Assembly: GCA_038889075.1 (NCBI GenBank)
Contig: JAWAHS010000002.1
Span: 236,930 to 300,929 of the forward strand
Length of the DNA stretch: 64,000 nucleotides
Direction: 5' to 3'
From: Ignisphaera sp.
GTDB taxonomy: Archaea; Thermoproteota; Thermoprotei_A; Sulfolobales; Ignisphaeraceae
The first letter of the stretch is position 1; every line of letters begins with the position of its first letter. The notes under the pieces are model-generated. The model saw nothing but the letters and a program-made list of their open reading frames with translations. It had not been told where the DNA came from and ran no database searches. The translations under genes and the position numbers were made by a program. Positions 1-10,372 of the stretch are shown one piece after another.

Positions 1-2
1 AG

Positions 3-296
3 CAATGGATCATACCACCTATGTCGAGAGGGGAAATTTCTGAAGGGTTGAGGAAGATGTTCACAGATGAAAATCTAAAAAGGATAGCACTATTTATAGA
101 GTTTGCAAAGAGCAAAGATATAACACCGACTCAACTGGCGCTGGCATGGATACTACATAGATCCAACTACTTAGGTGTACCAATAATACCGATTATAAGT
201 GTCTCAAATGTTAAACAGCTAGAGGAAATAGTGATTTCCCTAGATGTTAAGCTGAGTAGCGATGATATGAAGCATCTTGATGATATTGCTAAATAG
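3..296 (+). CDS. Aldo/keto reductase, C-terminal part (5' end outside window)
   Basis: TPTQLALAWILH...PIISVSNVKQLEE...LSSDDM is the typical AKR C-terminus; the frame is open back to the window edge. Confidence 0.8.
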   Translation, partial: QWIIPPMSRGEISEGLRKMFTDENLKRIALFIEFAKSKDITPTQLALAWILHRSNYLGVPIIPIISVSNVKQLEEIVISLDVKLSSDDMKHLDDIAK

Positions 297-377
297 AATA
301 AGTACAGTTTAACACGTAACTATGGTACAGCTTTTTAGTATCCTAAGATAGCAGTAGAGATATGAAGATGGTTAAGG

Positions 378-1220
378 ATGGTAAAGCCATCGAAGATGTT
401 TGTGGTAATTATTTCGTTAAGTATAGTTGGAGGTATCTTTAAGATTTTAGGAGGCTTCGTGGGTGGATCTAAATCTGTATTTGTAGATGCTCTTACATCT
501 ATTGCAAATACCCTAGCCATCATAATAATGTATAGGTTCTTTAGTACAAGTGTAGAGCCTCCTGATGAAGATCACCACTATGGTCACCATAGGATAGGGT
601 TGGGAGGTCCTATATCAACGCTGATGTTGTATTCATTTGTAGGTGGGGTTATAGTTGTTGATCTGTATGAGACTTTTGGTAGCTCGTATACGGTAAGTCT
701 CTTAGCCCCTATATTTGCATTTGCAGGTCTCTTGCCATATACTATAGCTATAGTCCTAGCAAAGCACATTGGTGGTACAACCATATACTATGCAAAATTT
801 ACAGTTGTTGAAATAATTGAAAGTCTTGTTACAGTAGCAGCCGCATTTGCAGGTGCTCTGGTAAGCTACTTAATAGACTTCATAGGTGCCATAACACTGT
901 CATGTTATCTATTCATAGAACTTACGAAAAGCTTTAGAGAAATTTTAGAGTTTGTAAGCGATGCTGCGCCAAAGGAGATTATCAAAGATCTAAAGAATAT
1001 TATAGGTAACTACGGAATCTCTGTTGAGAGAATTAGAGTTAGAAGGGTTGCTGAAAATCTCCACCAGGGAGATATTGTGGTGAAGTTGCCATCCAGTATA
1101 AGTGTTGAGAAGGCACATCAAATAATAGATTCTATAGAAAGAGATGTGAGGGATAAACTCAATACAGAGATTATAATACATGTTGAACCTGAGGGTAAGA
1201 GTAGAAGACCAGAAGATTAA
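378..1220 (+). CDS. Cation diffusion facilitator (CDF/FieF-like) transporter
   Basis: TM helices, SKSVFVDA, PPDEDHHYGH loop, C-terminal dimerisation domain SVEKAHQI...IHVEP. Confidence 0.9.
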   Translation: MVKPSKMFVVIISLSIVGGIFKILGGFVGGSKSVFVDALTSIANTLAIIIMYRFFSTSVEPPDEDHHYGHHRIGLGGPISTLMLYSFVGGVIVVDLYETFGSSYTVSLLAPIFAFAGLLPYTIAIVLAKHIGGTTIYYAKFTVVEIIESLVTVAAAFAGALVSYLIDFIGAITLSCYLFIELTKSFREILEFVSDAAPKEIIKDLKNIIGNYGISVERIRVRRVAENLHQGDIVVKLPSSISVEKAHQIIDSIERDVRDKLNTEIIIHVEPEGKSRRPED

Positions 1221-1263
1221 CTCCACATACAATAGTATATAATTCAGTGCAAATTGGAAAATA

Positions 1264-1908
1264 TCATCTTCTTTGCCTAAGTTTTATCCAAGGACGATAG
1301 CATATTGCACTCCACACCTCTTTAATTTTACGATGATTAGTTTTATCCAATACTGTATCTAGAAACTGTTTTACAGAGTTATTAGAACTCTTTATGTAAA
1401 TGATCTCATCCTCATAGGCACAGGTAAGCTCCTCTATGATTTTACGAACATTAATATCAATTTTTTCTAACAATATTCCAGTATAGTTAAGCTCCTCTAG
1501 CATTTTCCTAGATGCTATATTGTTTAATCGGGTTGTTGCTACATAGAATCCTACACCCCGCATATTCATCAGTTCCTCTATAGATGCTACAATAGCTTTA
1601 CCAATACCATACCCTCTAAAGCGTCTCTCTACAGCAACATAGTATACTACCCCTATTGATATAGGTTTTACATCTATGACATAGAATACCCCTACACCAA
1701 CAACATCATTATCATTTCTACATCTTACTGCACTACATTTACCTAACTCTATACATATAGAAGCATAATATGCGTGAAATTGCGATAGAGAGTCTCCCAC
1801 AATTTGCTTAACATCATCTATACACTCTATACTGCATTCCTCTATAATCATTGTTACACCTATACGATCTAATATTTTCACCCATCTCTCTCCTATATAA
1901 ACTTCCAC
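1264..1908 (-). CDS. GNAT family N-acetyltransferase
   Basis: Motif A VAVERRFRGYGIGKA and NIASRKML motif. Confidence 0.8.
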   Translation of the reverse strand: MEVYIGERWVKILDRIGVTMIIEECSIECIDDVKQIVGDSLSQFHAYYASICIELGKCSAVRCRNDNDVVGVGVFYVIDVKPISIGVVYYVAVERRFRGYGIGKAIVASIEELMNMRGVGFYVATTRLNNIASRKMLEELNYTGILLEKIDINVRKIIEELTCAYEDEIIYIKSSNNSVKQFLDTVLDKTNHRKIKEVWSAICYRPWIKLRQRR

Positions 1909-1964
1909 TCAGTTAAATAATAGCAGGTAATTTTAGAGTGTTACCACTACCAAGGTAAATATGT

Positions 1965-2948
1965 ATGCTCACACAAGCACTGGACGTTGCAGTATCGGTA
2001 TTCGGATCCCTTAGAAGTAAAATAGACGAGGTTTTAGCTATAGATAACGTTGCAAAGGTCAAGAGTCTATGGATTCCATACAAAGGTTCTAGAAATCCCT
2101 ATCTCAGACCGCTTACGATTGCAGCTATAGATAGCGGCTACAACTATAATGAATACAGAGGCTATGCATTGTATGCTATAAATGTTGTTAACGTTATTCT
2201 CGATGTTCTTACAGGTGAAAAGGTAGATGGTTTCGTTGATATAGATGTTGTAAGCTGTAATAATATAGAGAACGAATTATCACTCCTCTCCATCTCTATG
2301 GAGGTAAAATCCATGGTCAAGATTCTAAATAATGCTGATATAATTCTAATGGATGGAAGTCTTATAGCAGTATTCTCGAAGCTTAGAAGAGCCTTGTTAG
2401 AAGACGGCCACGAACTTCTAGAAGCCAAAGGCATAAATCTCTCTCATCTAATTAAGGAATTGATATATGCGATCTCCATATATCCGAAGAAGATAGTATT
2501 CATATCAAAGAACTCCAATGCTAAAGATGTTTTTGGATTTGTAAAGGGAGATATTTACTACTTTGAGAGATACACTAATGGTCTACCGGGGTATTCTAAA
2601 CCAATACCTCTTACACAATCAAAACATCTAGGTATGGCGACGGCAAATAAAGTATTTAGACATACGGTAAAGAATATTGCTGGTACTGATATGTCTATAG
2701 CCGTTACCTATGTAAGATTCGAACCCTTTTCAAGAATATATAGACTTGAGATACCTATAGAATTTGGTGAAGATGCTGATGCTAGAATTAGATATATTAT
2801 AGACATTGTATCGGATTTTATCATATCCGGTTATCCGTATCCACTAATGAGAGCTGATCAGATCGCAAGAGTAGGACTTGATGATATCAACAGAATAGCA
2901 GGAATACTTGGAATCTCTTATGATCCGAGAGCTAGGGAACCTCTATAG
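1965..2948 (+). CDS. nurA: NurA 5'-3' nuclease
   Basis: AAIDSG, ILMDGSL, ISKNS, GYPYPL motifs; directly upstream of herA. Confidence 0.88.
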   Translation: MLTQALDVAVSVFGSLRSKIDEVLAIDNVAKVKSLWIPYKGSRNPYLRPLTIAAIDSGYNYNEYRGYALYAINVVNVILDVLTGEKVDGFVDIDVVSCNNIENELSLLSISMEVKSMVKILNNADIILMDGSLIAVFSKLRRALLEDGHELLEAKGINLSHLIKELIYAISIYPKKIVFISKNSNAKDVFGFVKGDIYYFERYTNGLPGYSKPIPLTQSKHLGMATANKVFRHTVKNIAGTDMSIAVTYVRFEPFSRIYRLEIPIEFGEDADARIRYIIDIVSDFIISGYPYPLMRADQIARVGLDDINRIAGILGISYDPRAREPL

Positions 2949-2961
2949 AGTTGATGCAGAA

Positions 2962-4464
2962 ATGTCTGTTTTCCAAACAGGAAGCACTGAGACACTGAAT
3001 CTTCAGCTCGATGTAGTTGGCTACATAGTTGGAGAATCAAAGCCCTATAAAGCTGATATTATAGCATTTAGACCGCTTGCAATTGGAGAATACCTCTACA
3101 TGGAGTACTACAACTATAGAGTTCTAGCAATGGTTAGTACATCGATAACAGGCAGTTCTGTAATAACGGATAGCCTTATTGATCCGAGAGATATCGAACG
3201 GCTTATTAAGACCATTAGGTATGGTGAAAGAATTTACTACTATAGAGGTACGATAAAAATTCTGGGAAGTATCGACGGTTCTAATTCCAAACTATACATG
3301 CCTCCTATACCTCCTCCACCGGGCACGGAGGTGTACAAGGCACCAAAATCGGTGTTAGCAAGGGTTTTTAGCCCAGGTGGAAGAGAGTTTGTCAGGGTGG
3401 GTACACTACTAAGAGAATTAGATGTGGAGGTAAGGGTAAACATCAATAAGATTGTTTCTAAACATCTTGGAGTACTTGCTATGACAGGAATGGGTAAAAG
3501 TAATCTAGTAGCTCTTATTGCTAAAAAGATAGCTGAACTTGGTGGTACAATAGTAATTTTCGATTACCATGGGGAGTACTCATCTATGAAACTAGTAGAT
3601 ACGATTGTAAATGTTATTAGACCAAAGATAAATCCGCTGAGCCTAGATTTGGAGGAGATGTCGAGACTTCTAAATATACCTAAAAATGCAACTAGGCAGA
3701 GAATGGCTTTAAGAGAGTGTCTTGAAAATACAGATGATGGTGAATTTTTTGCAAAGCTTAGAAAATGTTTGCAGAGTAGAATAGGTAGATATGGTGTATC
3801 TGCTCAGAAGGTTTTAGATGCTGTAATGGCATATGAAGGTTTTTTAAAGAAGATTGTAGATGAAAAAATGGAGGATGTTATAAATAGTATTATTCTCGGT
3901 GCTATAAATATTGTTGATCTAAGTGATTTGCATTTAAATCAAGCTGATGCAATAGTTTCTCACTGGCTTAATAGGATTTTAGAGGCTAGAAAGATATGTG
4001 TATGGAGTAGGGGTTCCCATGGGATACCCTCACCTCTCGCCTTGGTCATTGAAGAAGCACATGTATTCATATCTGCCGACTCTGATACTGCTACGAGAAG
4101 GAGTGCAGAGTCCATTGTGAGAGAGGGTAGAAAATTTGGTATAGGTCTTGTAATAGTTTCACAAAGACCCAGAGGCTTAGATCCAACCATACTAAGCCAG
4201 TTAGGCAATCTAGCAATTTTGAGAATCGTCCATCCAGAGGATCAACAGTATGTTGCTAAACACTGTGAACCTATAACCCAGGATATTGTTGAAGAGCTTC
4301 CAGGTCTCAATATCGGTGAAGCTATACTTCTCGGTGAATGGGTTTCTGTTCCCACAATAGTCAAAATAGATCTTGTAAAGGAAAAATTATCTGGTGGGGA
4401 TATAGATGCAGTCTCCCACTGGAGTAAGATATATTCAACTAGAACTGGAAATCTTGATATGTAA
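2962..4464 (+). CDS. herA: HerA helicase/ATPase (ATG at 2962 chosen; ORF track starts at 2908)
   Basis: HAS-barrel-like N-terminus, [15 protein letters not shown] Walker A, DYHGEY, IEEAH Walker B, REGRKFG, SQRP. Confidence 0.92.
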   Translation: MSVFQTGSTETLNLQLDVVGYIVGESKPYKADIIAFRPLAIGEYLYMEYYNYRVLAMVSTSITGSSVITDSLIDPRDIERLIKTIRYGERIYYYRGTIKILGSIDGSNSKLYMPPIPPPPGTEVYKAPKSVLARVFSPGGREFVRVGTLLRELDVEVRVNINKIVSKHLGVLAMTGMGKSNLVALIAKKIAELGGTIVIFDYHGEYSSMKLVDTIVNVIRPKINPLSLDLEEMSRLLNIPKNATRQRMALRECLENTDDGEFFAKLRKCLQSRIGRYGVSAQKVLDAVMAYEGFLKKIVDEKMEDVINSIILGAINIVDLSDLHLNQADAIVSHWLNRILEARKICVWSRGSHGIPSPLALVIEEAHVFISADSDTATRRSAESIVREGRKFGIGLVIVSQRPRGLDPTILSQLGNLAILRIVHPEDQQYVAKHCEPITQDIVEELPGLNIGEAILLGEWVSVPTIVKIDLVKEKLSGGDIDAVSHWSKIYSTRTGNLDM

Positions 4465-5143
4465 GCTTCTTTTTACTCTTTAGAAAGTCGACTGTTTCTA
4501 ATTCCTCACTAAGTATTTCCTCCTCAACCTTAATCTCTCTCAGACAGCCTAATTCCTTTAGCTTTAGAAATACATTTCTAACTGATAGGAAGACCTCATC
4601 CTCACTTTTAGCTCCTGTTATGACCATCTTACCACTACTGAATATTAGTAAAACCACATGCGGATCTGTCAGTCTATATATTAATCCTGGGAATTGCTCT
4701 GGTTCGTACATGGTGTTCTCCAGGAGAAATGCAACTTTTTCGAGCATTATCTCAGCACCAAGATTTGCAGATGCTACAATATTCTGTATCTGTATTCTTG
4801 GTTTAGATGTTATAGGCACATCGTATTTTATCAACATTCTCACAATCTTTTTAACAGCCTTTATAAGATCTGGAGTACTTTTAGCTCCTGTTACAACCAT
4901 TCTACCCGATCTGAATACTAGTGCTGTAACCTTTGGATTGTCTAGCCTTAGTACGAGGCCGGGGAATTGATCAGGATCGTATTCGACATTTGGCAATACC
5001 TTATCTAGATAGTCCAGATCTATATTCTGTTCTATGGATACCGTGGCCACTATGTTTTCAACTTTTACTCCTATGTATGGATTGTTTAACTCAGCTAGAT
5101 ACTTTTTGTAAAATGCTTTGTAGTAGGAATCAAGTGATTGAAT
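4439..5143 (-). CDS. tbp: TATA-box-binding protein; start uncertain (first canonical in-frame start is GTG 5050, conserved frame extends upstream)
   Basis: Two repeats [12 protein letters not shown] / [25 protein letters not shown] / [13 protein letters not shown], acidic tail; [10 protein letters not shown] straddles 5050. Confidence 0.95.
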   Translation of the reverse strand: MQSLDSYYKAFYKKYLAELNNPYIGVKVENIVATVSIEQNIDLDYLDKVLPNVEYDPDQFPGLVLRLDNPKVTALVFRSGRMVVTGAKSTPDLIKAVKKIVRMLIKYDVPITSKPRIQIQNIVASANLGAEIMLEKVAFLLENTMYEPEQFPGLIYRLTDPHVVLLIFSSGKMVITGAKSEDEVFLSVRNVFLKLKELGCLREIKVEEEILSEELETVDFLKSKKKLTYQDFQF

Positions 5144-5239
5144 AGTCCCACACTCTTATTTAAATCTCTACACGGTTTATAAAGGTATATTTAAGCCTAT
5201 TTATAAGCTCTATTTATATCAACTATGTAAATCCTCTTT

Positions 5240-6001
5240 CTACAAGAGTGCAAGCAGATCCTCTATAGCCGATAGCTTTGGAAGCTCATAAACTCCATCG
5301 TTTTCAACTATAGCATAGGGTTTTGCATCAGCTAATAGAGCTCTGTTTTTTAGAATTGGCGAAAGATACCCTTCAGGGGAGGTTGTTACAGGTGTACCAC
5401 TCTGATAAAGCCCTGCTGCAGGCAGTACCATAGCTTTTATACCATTCTTTAACGGTGTTAATAGATAGCATGGAAACTTTGTGCTATAAGTAGTAACCGG
5501 ATCTCTCAGTGAGATACTCGGATGCTCGTGTGCCATAATGAGAAGCTCTATATCCTTTTCCTCCAAAACATCCTTATGACCATGAATTAACAGTATATTC
5601 TCTATCTTAAGCTTCTCATGAACTTCAATACCATATCTCTTAGAAATAGAGTATACAAATGTATCATGATTTCCTCTAATAAGTGCTACCTTAGAAAATC
5701 TCTTTGTAGTATATGTAAAGAATTCTCCTAGATCTCTAGACTCTTTCCTTCCAAGTCTATCAAATAGATGCTTCACATCTCCTACAATTATGAGGGTATC
5801 TGCTTTAACTGTATTGAGACATCTCTCTATGTATTCCAAAACTTTTCTTAGTTGCATTCTAGGTAGATATATACCTTTCTCAGCCATATATTCTTCAAAC
5901 CCTAGGTGGATATCGGCAATAGCAATGGCTCTAAACTTCTCTAGATATACAGCAGGTATATCACTAATGGCGAAGATACCTGGATAAAGTTCGTAGAGCA
6001 T
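5240..6001 (-). CDS. Calcineurin-like metallophosphoesterase
   Basis: ADIHLG, GDVKH, GNHD, HGH, HEHP metal-binding motifs. Confidence 0.9.
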   Translation of the reverse strand: MLYELYPGIFAISDIPAVYLEKFRAIAIADIHLGFEEYMAEKGIYLPRMQLRKVLEYIERCLNTVKADTLIIVGDVKHLFDRLGRKESRDLGEFFTYTTKRFSKVALIRGNHDTFVYSISKRYGIEVHEKLKIENILLIHGHKDVLEEKDIELLIMAHEHPSISLRDPVTTYSTKFPCYLLTPLKNGIKAMVLPAAGLYQSGTPVTTSPEGYLSPILKNRALLADAKPYAIVENDGVYELPKLSAIEDLLALL

Positions 6002-6097
6002 CTCAAAACACTTCTACTTATAGTAGAAACTCTATAGAGATTTTAAAATTGTAATGTTTATGAAAATAATATCTGCTGTACACCATTAGAGTCAAAA

Positions 6098-6781
6098 TTA
6101 CTCCACTGGTATACCATAAATGGCCAGGGCATATCTATATTCAATGAAAATTCTTTTTTCATTGTCAACCTCAGCAACTATACCCCGTTCATCAAAATCC
6201 AGTATCTTCATCTTTTTTCCAATATCTATTCCAAGATCATAGATATCTGCAACAACCTCACCACCAGCTGTACACAGTATCCTAGCTATTCTAACAGTCG
6301 AACCTGGTTGGAATTTCGTTAAGGGTTTTGCTTCAAGGGCTTCAGTAGATAGTGGTGCACCTGGAATTGGATTCCCATGCGGGCATGTGGATGGTTTCCC
6401 CAGAAACTCATACAACCTTTCAAAAAATTCCTCTGGAAGATGTTCCATCATGTGAGCGTACCTATGTGCCTTCACCGAATCCATATTCAAAAACTTGACT
6501 AAAAAATATTCTGATATTCTGTGTCTTCTAACTATTCTTTCAGCTATTATCCTACCTCTTTCAGATAGCTTAACACCTCTATACGGCTCCCACATAATGA
6601 GATTCCTTTCAGCTAATCTCGAAATCATCTTAGATACTGTAGCAGGCTTTACACCAAGCTCATTAGTTAGTATGGTTGTTCTAGCTTCACCGAAGAGTTC
6701 CTCAAGTCTATATATAGCCATTAAATAATCTTCTAAAGCTCTCATACTTTTATCAATACTGCTTCTCACTATCACTTTCAA
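6098..6781 (-). CDS. DtxR/MntR-family metal-dependent repressor with C-terminal FeoA-like domain
   Basis: EDYLMAIY, wHTH, RRHRISE, EH, CPHGNPIP; divergent from feoB. Confidence 0.92.
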   Translation of the reverse strand: MKVIVRSSIDKSMRALEDYLMAIYRLEELFGEARTTILTNELGVKPATVSKMISRLAERNLIMWEPYRGVKLSERGRIIAERIVRRHRISEYFLVKFLNMDSVKAHRYAHMMEHLPEEFFERLYEFLGKPSTCPHGNPIPGAPLSTEALEAKPLTKFQPGSTVRIARILCTAGGEVVADIYDLGIDIGKKMKILDFDERGIVAEVDNEKRIFIEYRYALAIYGIPVE

Positions 6782-6791
6782 TCACATATAA

Positions 6792-6839
6792 TATGTTTAG
6801 ACGTATCTAAGCTTATAAATTTAGATGTATCTAAACATA
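6792..6839. promoter_or_regulatory. Two palindromic DtxR-type operator boxes flanking a TATA box in the dtxR/feoB divergent promoter
   Basis: TTTAGACGTATCTAAG (6796-6811) and TTTAGATGTATCTAAA (6820-6835), both TTAGA-N4-TCTAA, with TTATAAAT (6813-6820) between. Confidence 0.8.
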
Positions 6840-6852
6840 CCTACGGTAAATA

Positions 6853-9024
6853 GTGATGAACAATCGCTGTATCTATTGCCCTGGCTGTAGCTACCCTGCA
6901 TATCATACAAATCTAAATGAAGTTGTAAAAAGGGTCCAGGGGTGTGATATTGTTGTCTCTATTATTGCACAACCGAATATCGGAAAGTCAACGCTATTTA
7001 CTAGAATTACTGGTAAAATTTCTCATGTAGCTAATTTCCCTGGTACAACAGTTGATATTAGAATAGGAGAGATCACCCACAAGGGGAAGAATATATGTTT
7101 TGTAGATCTTCCAGGAATATACGGACTTTCAACTACAAGTATCGATGAAACTATAGCTAGGGAATTTATAGCTAGTGGTATTGCCGATGTACATCTGGTT
7201 CTACTAGATCCTTTAAATCTAGATAGATCCCTCTACCTAGCACTACAAGTTCTAGAAATAACACCTAGGGTTATCATAGCTATAACGAAGTGGGATATTG
7301 TCCACTCAAAAGGAGTACACATACATCTAGAGGGTATACAGAGAGCTCTTGGAGTACCTATAGTTGCAGTTTCAAGTATAACTGGTGAGGGTATTCAAAA
7401 TCTTCTGAACACTATATTAGATGTTATAGATGGACGTTCTATACATAGAGATAAACCTATCGAAATCGACTACGGTGTGTTAGAAACATACATTGGGAGG
7501 ATCAGCTCAATAATTAAGGAGCTAGGTATAGCCAGCGACCCTATCGCTAGATGGCTTGCCATAAGAGCTCTTGAGGATGATACCGTGGTTTTAGGCTATC
7601 TTAAGAGCTTTGATATGCTTTATAGAGCTATTGAATTGAGTAAAGAAGAGATCCGGCTAAAGTTTAATAGAGATAGCAGTGAATTGATTGTTGAAAGGAG
7701 ATACCAACTCTGTGAAGAGATTGCCAAGGCTACAAGTGTTAGAGTAAGCATAGCTGCAAGAACCAACCTTATTGATAAAATATTTCAGCATCCCATAACA
7801 GGATTTACAGCAAGCATCTTAATCCTTTTTGCAACATTCATGGTGGCTTTCATCATAAATACTGGCTTTCCATTAAACATGTTTTTCTCACTAATGGGTT
7901 TTGAAGACATTGCTAAATTGCTTCAGGAATATACTCTAAGCGGTTTAATAGCAAGATTATTTAGTGTGCTATCGCAATTGTTGGAGAGTTACCTACCACA
8001 TGGTACGTTTTTAGTAAGCTTCCTTGTAGATGGTATAATCGCTGGAGTTGGTGCAGTAATAACATTTTTACCACTAGTCTTCCTTGTAATATTTTTACAA
8101 TCAGCTTTAGAAGACTCTGGAATTGGTCCTAGAATGGCCCTAGCACTTCACAGTCTATTTGCAAAATTTGGTCTATCAGGAAGAGCTGTCTATCCAATGC
8201 TTATAGCTGTAGGCTGTAATGTTCCAGCAGTACTTTCCTCTAGAGTTGCCATAGACAGTTCAGAGAGGCTCGAAATTGCTATGAACATTTCATTTATACC
8301 ATGTCAAGCAAGATTACTAGTTCTCCTCGCATTTACATCCGTACTCTTTAGAAATAATCCCCTTCTCCAAGCACTTGCAATTACCACAGTTTATGGTATT
8401 GGAATACTACTCTACCTCACTATGTCAAAGCTTTTTAGAATCGCTGTGTTTAAGAGAAAAGATGATCCAGAACTTTTGCTCGAGATACCTCCCCTACACA
8501 GACCGAGTATAAGGGTTATGATGTGGAATTCGTGGGATTTAACAAAGCACTTCCTTTATAAAGCTGCGGTTGTAATCCTAATACTAAGTATAGTAATGTG
8601 GATGTTGTTAAATTTTGGACCCCAAGGATATACTAACGGAGATATTACCAGAAGTTATGGTGTTTACATTGGTGGATTGATAGCTCCCTTATTCTCATCG
8701 CTATTCAACATTGAGATGGAGGCAGCGTGGAGATTAGGGCTAGCACTTTTTGCAGGCTTTATAGCTAAAGAAGGTCTTATTTCAACATTGGCAGTGATGA
8801 GCAGTGTTGAAGAGAGTAGAGCTATAGAAACGCTGGGACTCACACTTCCTCAAGGATTTTCAATACTACTTCTATTTATGTTTTACATTCCATGTGTAGC
8901 AACCACTGTAGCTATATATAGCGAGACTAAAAGCTATAGATATAGCATATTAGTAGTGCTTTACCTATTTACAACATCTATATTTATTTCACTAATAGCG
9001 TATACAATCATGCATATGGTTTAA
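6853..9024 (+). CDS. feoB: Ferrous iron transporter FeoB
   Basis: PNIGKSTLF, NFPGTTVD, DLPGIYGL G-motifs; LEDSG, GCNVPA, LYIPC-like (FYIPC) gate motifs. Confidence 0.95.
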   Translation: MMNNRCIYCPGCSYPAYHTNLNEVVKRVQGCDIVVSIIAQPNIGKSTLFTRITGKISHVANFPGTTVDIRIGEITHKGKNICFVDLPGIYGLSTTSIDETIAREFIASGIADVHLVLLDPLNLDRSLYLALQVLEITPRVIIAITKWDIVHSKGVHIHLEGIQRALGVPIVAVSSITGEGIQNLLNTILDVIDGRSIHRDKPIEIDYGVLETYIGRISSIIKELGIASDPIARWLAIRALEDDTVVLGYLKSFDMLYRAIELSKEEIRLKFNRDSSELIVERRYQLCEEIAKATSVRVSIAARTNLIDKIFQHPITGFTASILILFATFMVAFIINTGFPLNMFFSLMGFEDIAKLLQEYTLSGLIARLFSVLSQLLESYLPHGTFLVSFLVDGIIAGVGAVITFLPLVFLVIFLQSALEDSGIGPRMALALHSLFAKFGLSGRAVYPMLIAVGCNVPAVLSSRVAIDSSERLEIAMNISFIPCQARLLVLLAFTSVLFRNNPLLQALAITTVYGIGILLYLTMSKLFRIAVFKRKDDPELLLEIPPLHRPSIRVMMWNSWDLTKHFLYKAAVVILILSIVMWMLLNFGPQGYTNGDITRSYGVYIGGLIAPLFSSLFNIEMEAAWRLGLALFAGFIAKEGLISTLAVMSSVEESRAIETLGLTLPQGFSILLLFMFYIPCVATTVAIYSETKSYRYSILVVLYLFTTSIFISLIAYTIMHMV

Positions 9025-9073
9025 AGTATTGGAGTGGCAAATGCTGAAAGATAGGATCTAGGGTAGCTTATAT

Positions 9074-10240
9074 ATGCCTGAACTTGTGATAAATATTAGC
9101 AGCATCATATCTTCCCTCTGCCATTCTCTACTTCGTCTAGAGTCATATACGATATGTCCATACAAATGTCTATATTGCTACTCTAAATGGTATATGACTT
9201 CGCCAGCAACGATTGTTTATCCAAGAAGATTTATTCTGGATCAATTTAACACCGTAATGAGGAAGATATATAGAAGGGGGTTGAAATACATTCCATTCAG
9301 GCTTTCTACATTAGTAGATCCTTTTCCGCACCACGAGGAGCTCTACAGATTTACAGAAAAACTACTTAAAATTGCAAGTATATATGAGTACCCTTTAATT
9401 ATAAATACAAAGAGTAGTCTGATAGCTAGGAAGCCATGGATAGACCTCATTATAAAACTCGCTAAGGGAAATGCCATCCTTATTCAAATTTCTGTATCTA
9501 CTTTAAAAGATGAAATAGGTAGAAAGCTAGAACCATCAGCCCCACCACCCTCACAAAGACTTATCGTAGCCAAAAAACTTTCTGAATTAGGAATTCCAAT
9601 ATCTATACGGTTATCACCATTCATACCATTTGTATCACCAACCCTACAGGAGGAGATTAGAGAAGCTGTAGATACGTTTAAGGAATGTGGTGTTAAACAT
9701 GTAATTTTTGAAGGTCTTAGAATAGAACCTGAGAACTATAGCCAATTGGTGGAAGTAGCTTCAGGTATTGCTACAGACTTTGAAGACTATAGCATTAGAA
9801 AGGTTAAGGGCTTAAAGTCTATAGTAAGGATATCCCGAGATATTCTAGAGCCTATTTATAGAACGTATGCTAGGCTACTATCAAAGAATAGCATAGCTTT
9901 TGCTACATGTAAAGAAGGTCTTTTCAATCTACATACATCTGAAGATTGCTGTGGCTTCTATATTCTCAAGAACTGTGTTAGAAGGCCTACTCTATGGGAT
10001 GTATATAAATTTGTTTTAGAATATGGTGCTCTAGAACCTGATAGAATAATTCACAGTATTTGTAAAGAGGGTAAGCTTATATGTAGCAGTAATCTAGATG
10101 GCTATCCAAAGGAGATATCAAAGCCCCTTAAATACCATGAGAGAAGGCTACTAAAGATTCTACATAATAAAGATATTTTAGAACACCTAACACCTGTGCT
10201 AGGCATCGATGATGGGAAAGTAGTTATAAAAATGAAATAG
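9074..10240 (+). CDS. Radical SAM protein, spore-photoproduct-lyase-like family
   Basis: CPYKCLYC (CxxxCxxC), DPF...E, INTKS, LEPSAPPPSQRL, RLSPFIP. Confidence 0.82.
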   Translation: MPELVINISSIISSLCHSLLRLESYTICPYKCLYCYSKWYMTSPATIVYPRRFILDQFNTVMRKIYRRGLKYIPFRLSTLVDPFPHHEELYRFTEKLLKIASIYEYPLIINTKSSLIARKPWIDLIIKLAKGNAILIQISVSTLKDEIGRKLEPSAPPPSQRLIVAKKLSELGIPISIRLSPFIPFVSPTLQEEIREAVDTFKECGVKHVIFEGLRIEPENYSQLVEVASGIATDFEDYSIRKVKGLKSIVRISRDILEPIYRTYARLLSKNSIAFATCKEGLFNLHTSEDCCGFYILKNCVRRPTLWDVYKFVLEYGALEPDRIIHSICKEGKLICSSNLDGYPKEISKPLKYHERRLLKILHNKDILEHLTPVLGIDDGKVVIKMK

Positions 10241-10372
10241 GGTACCATGTTCATAGCTAAGAAATGTGCCATTGATTGTATACTCTGTCTCCATCTATTT
10301 TTCAATGCATTGGATATTTATCATTAGAGTTTGAAATGGTTGTAGCTGTCTATAAACACTATTTAGTATTTG

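Noticed and set aside
5240-6001. Mre11 candidate near nurA/herA
   Set aside because: Only 253 aa, lacks the Mre11 capping and C-terminal regions; belongs to the short HEHP-type phosphoesterases
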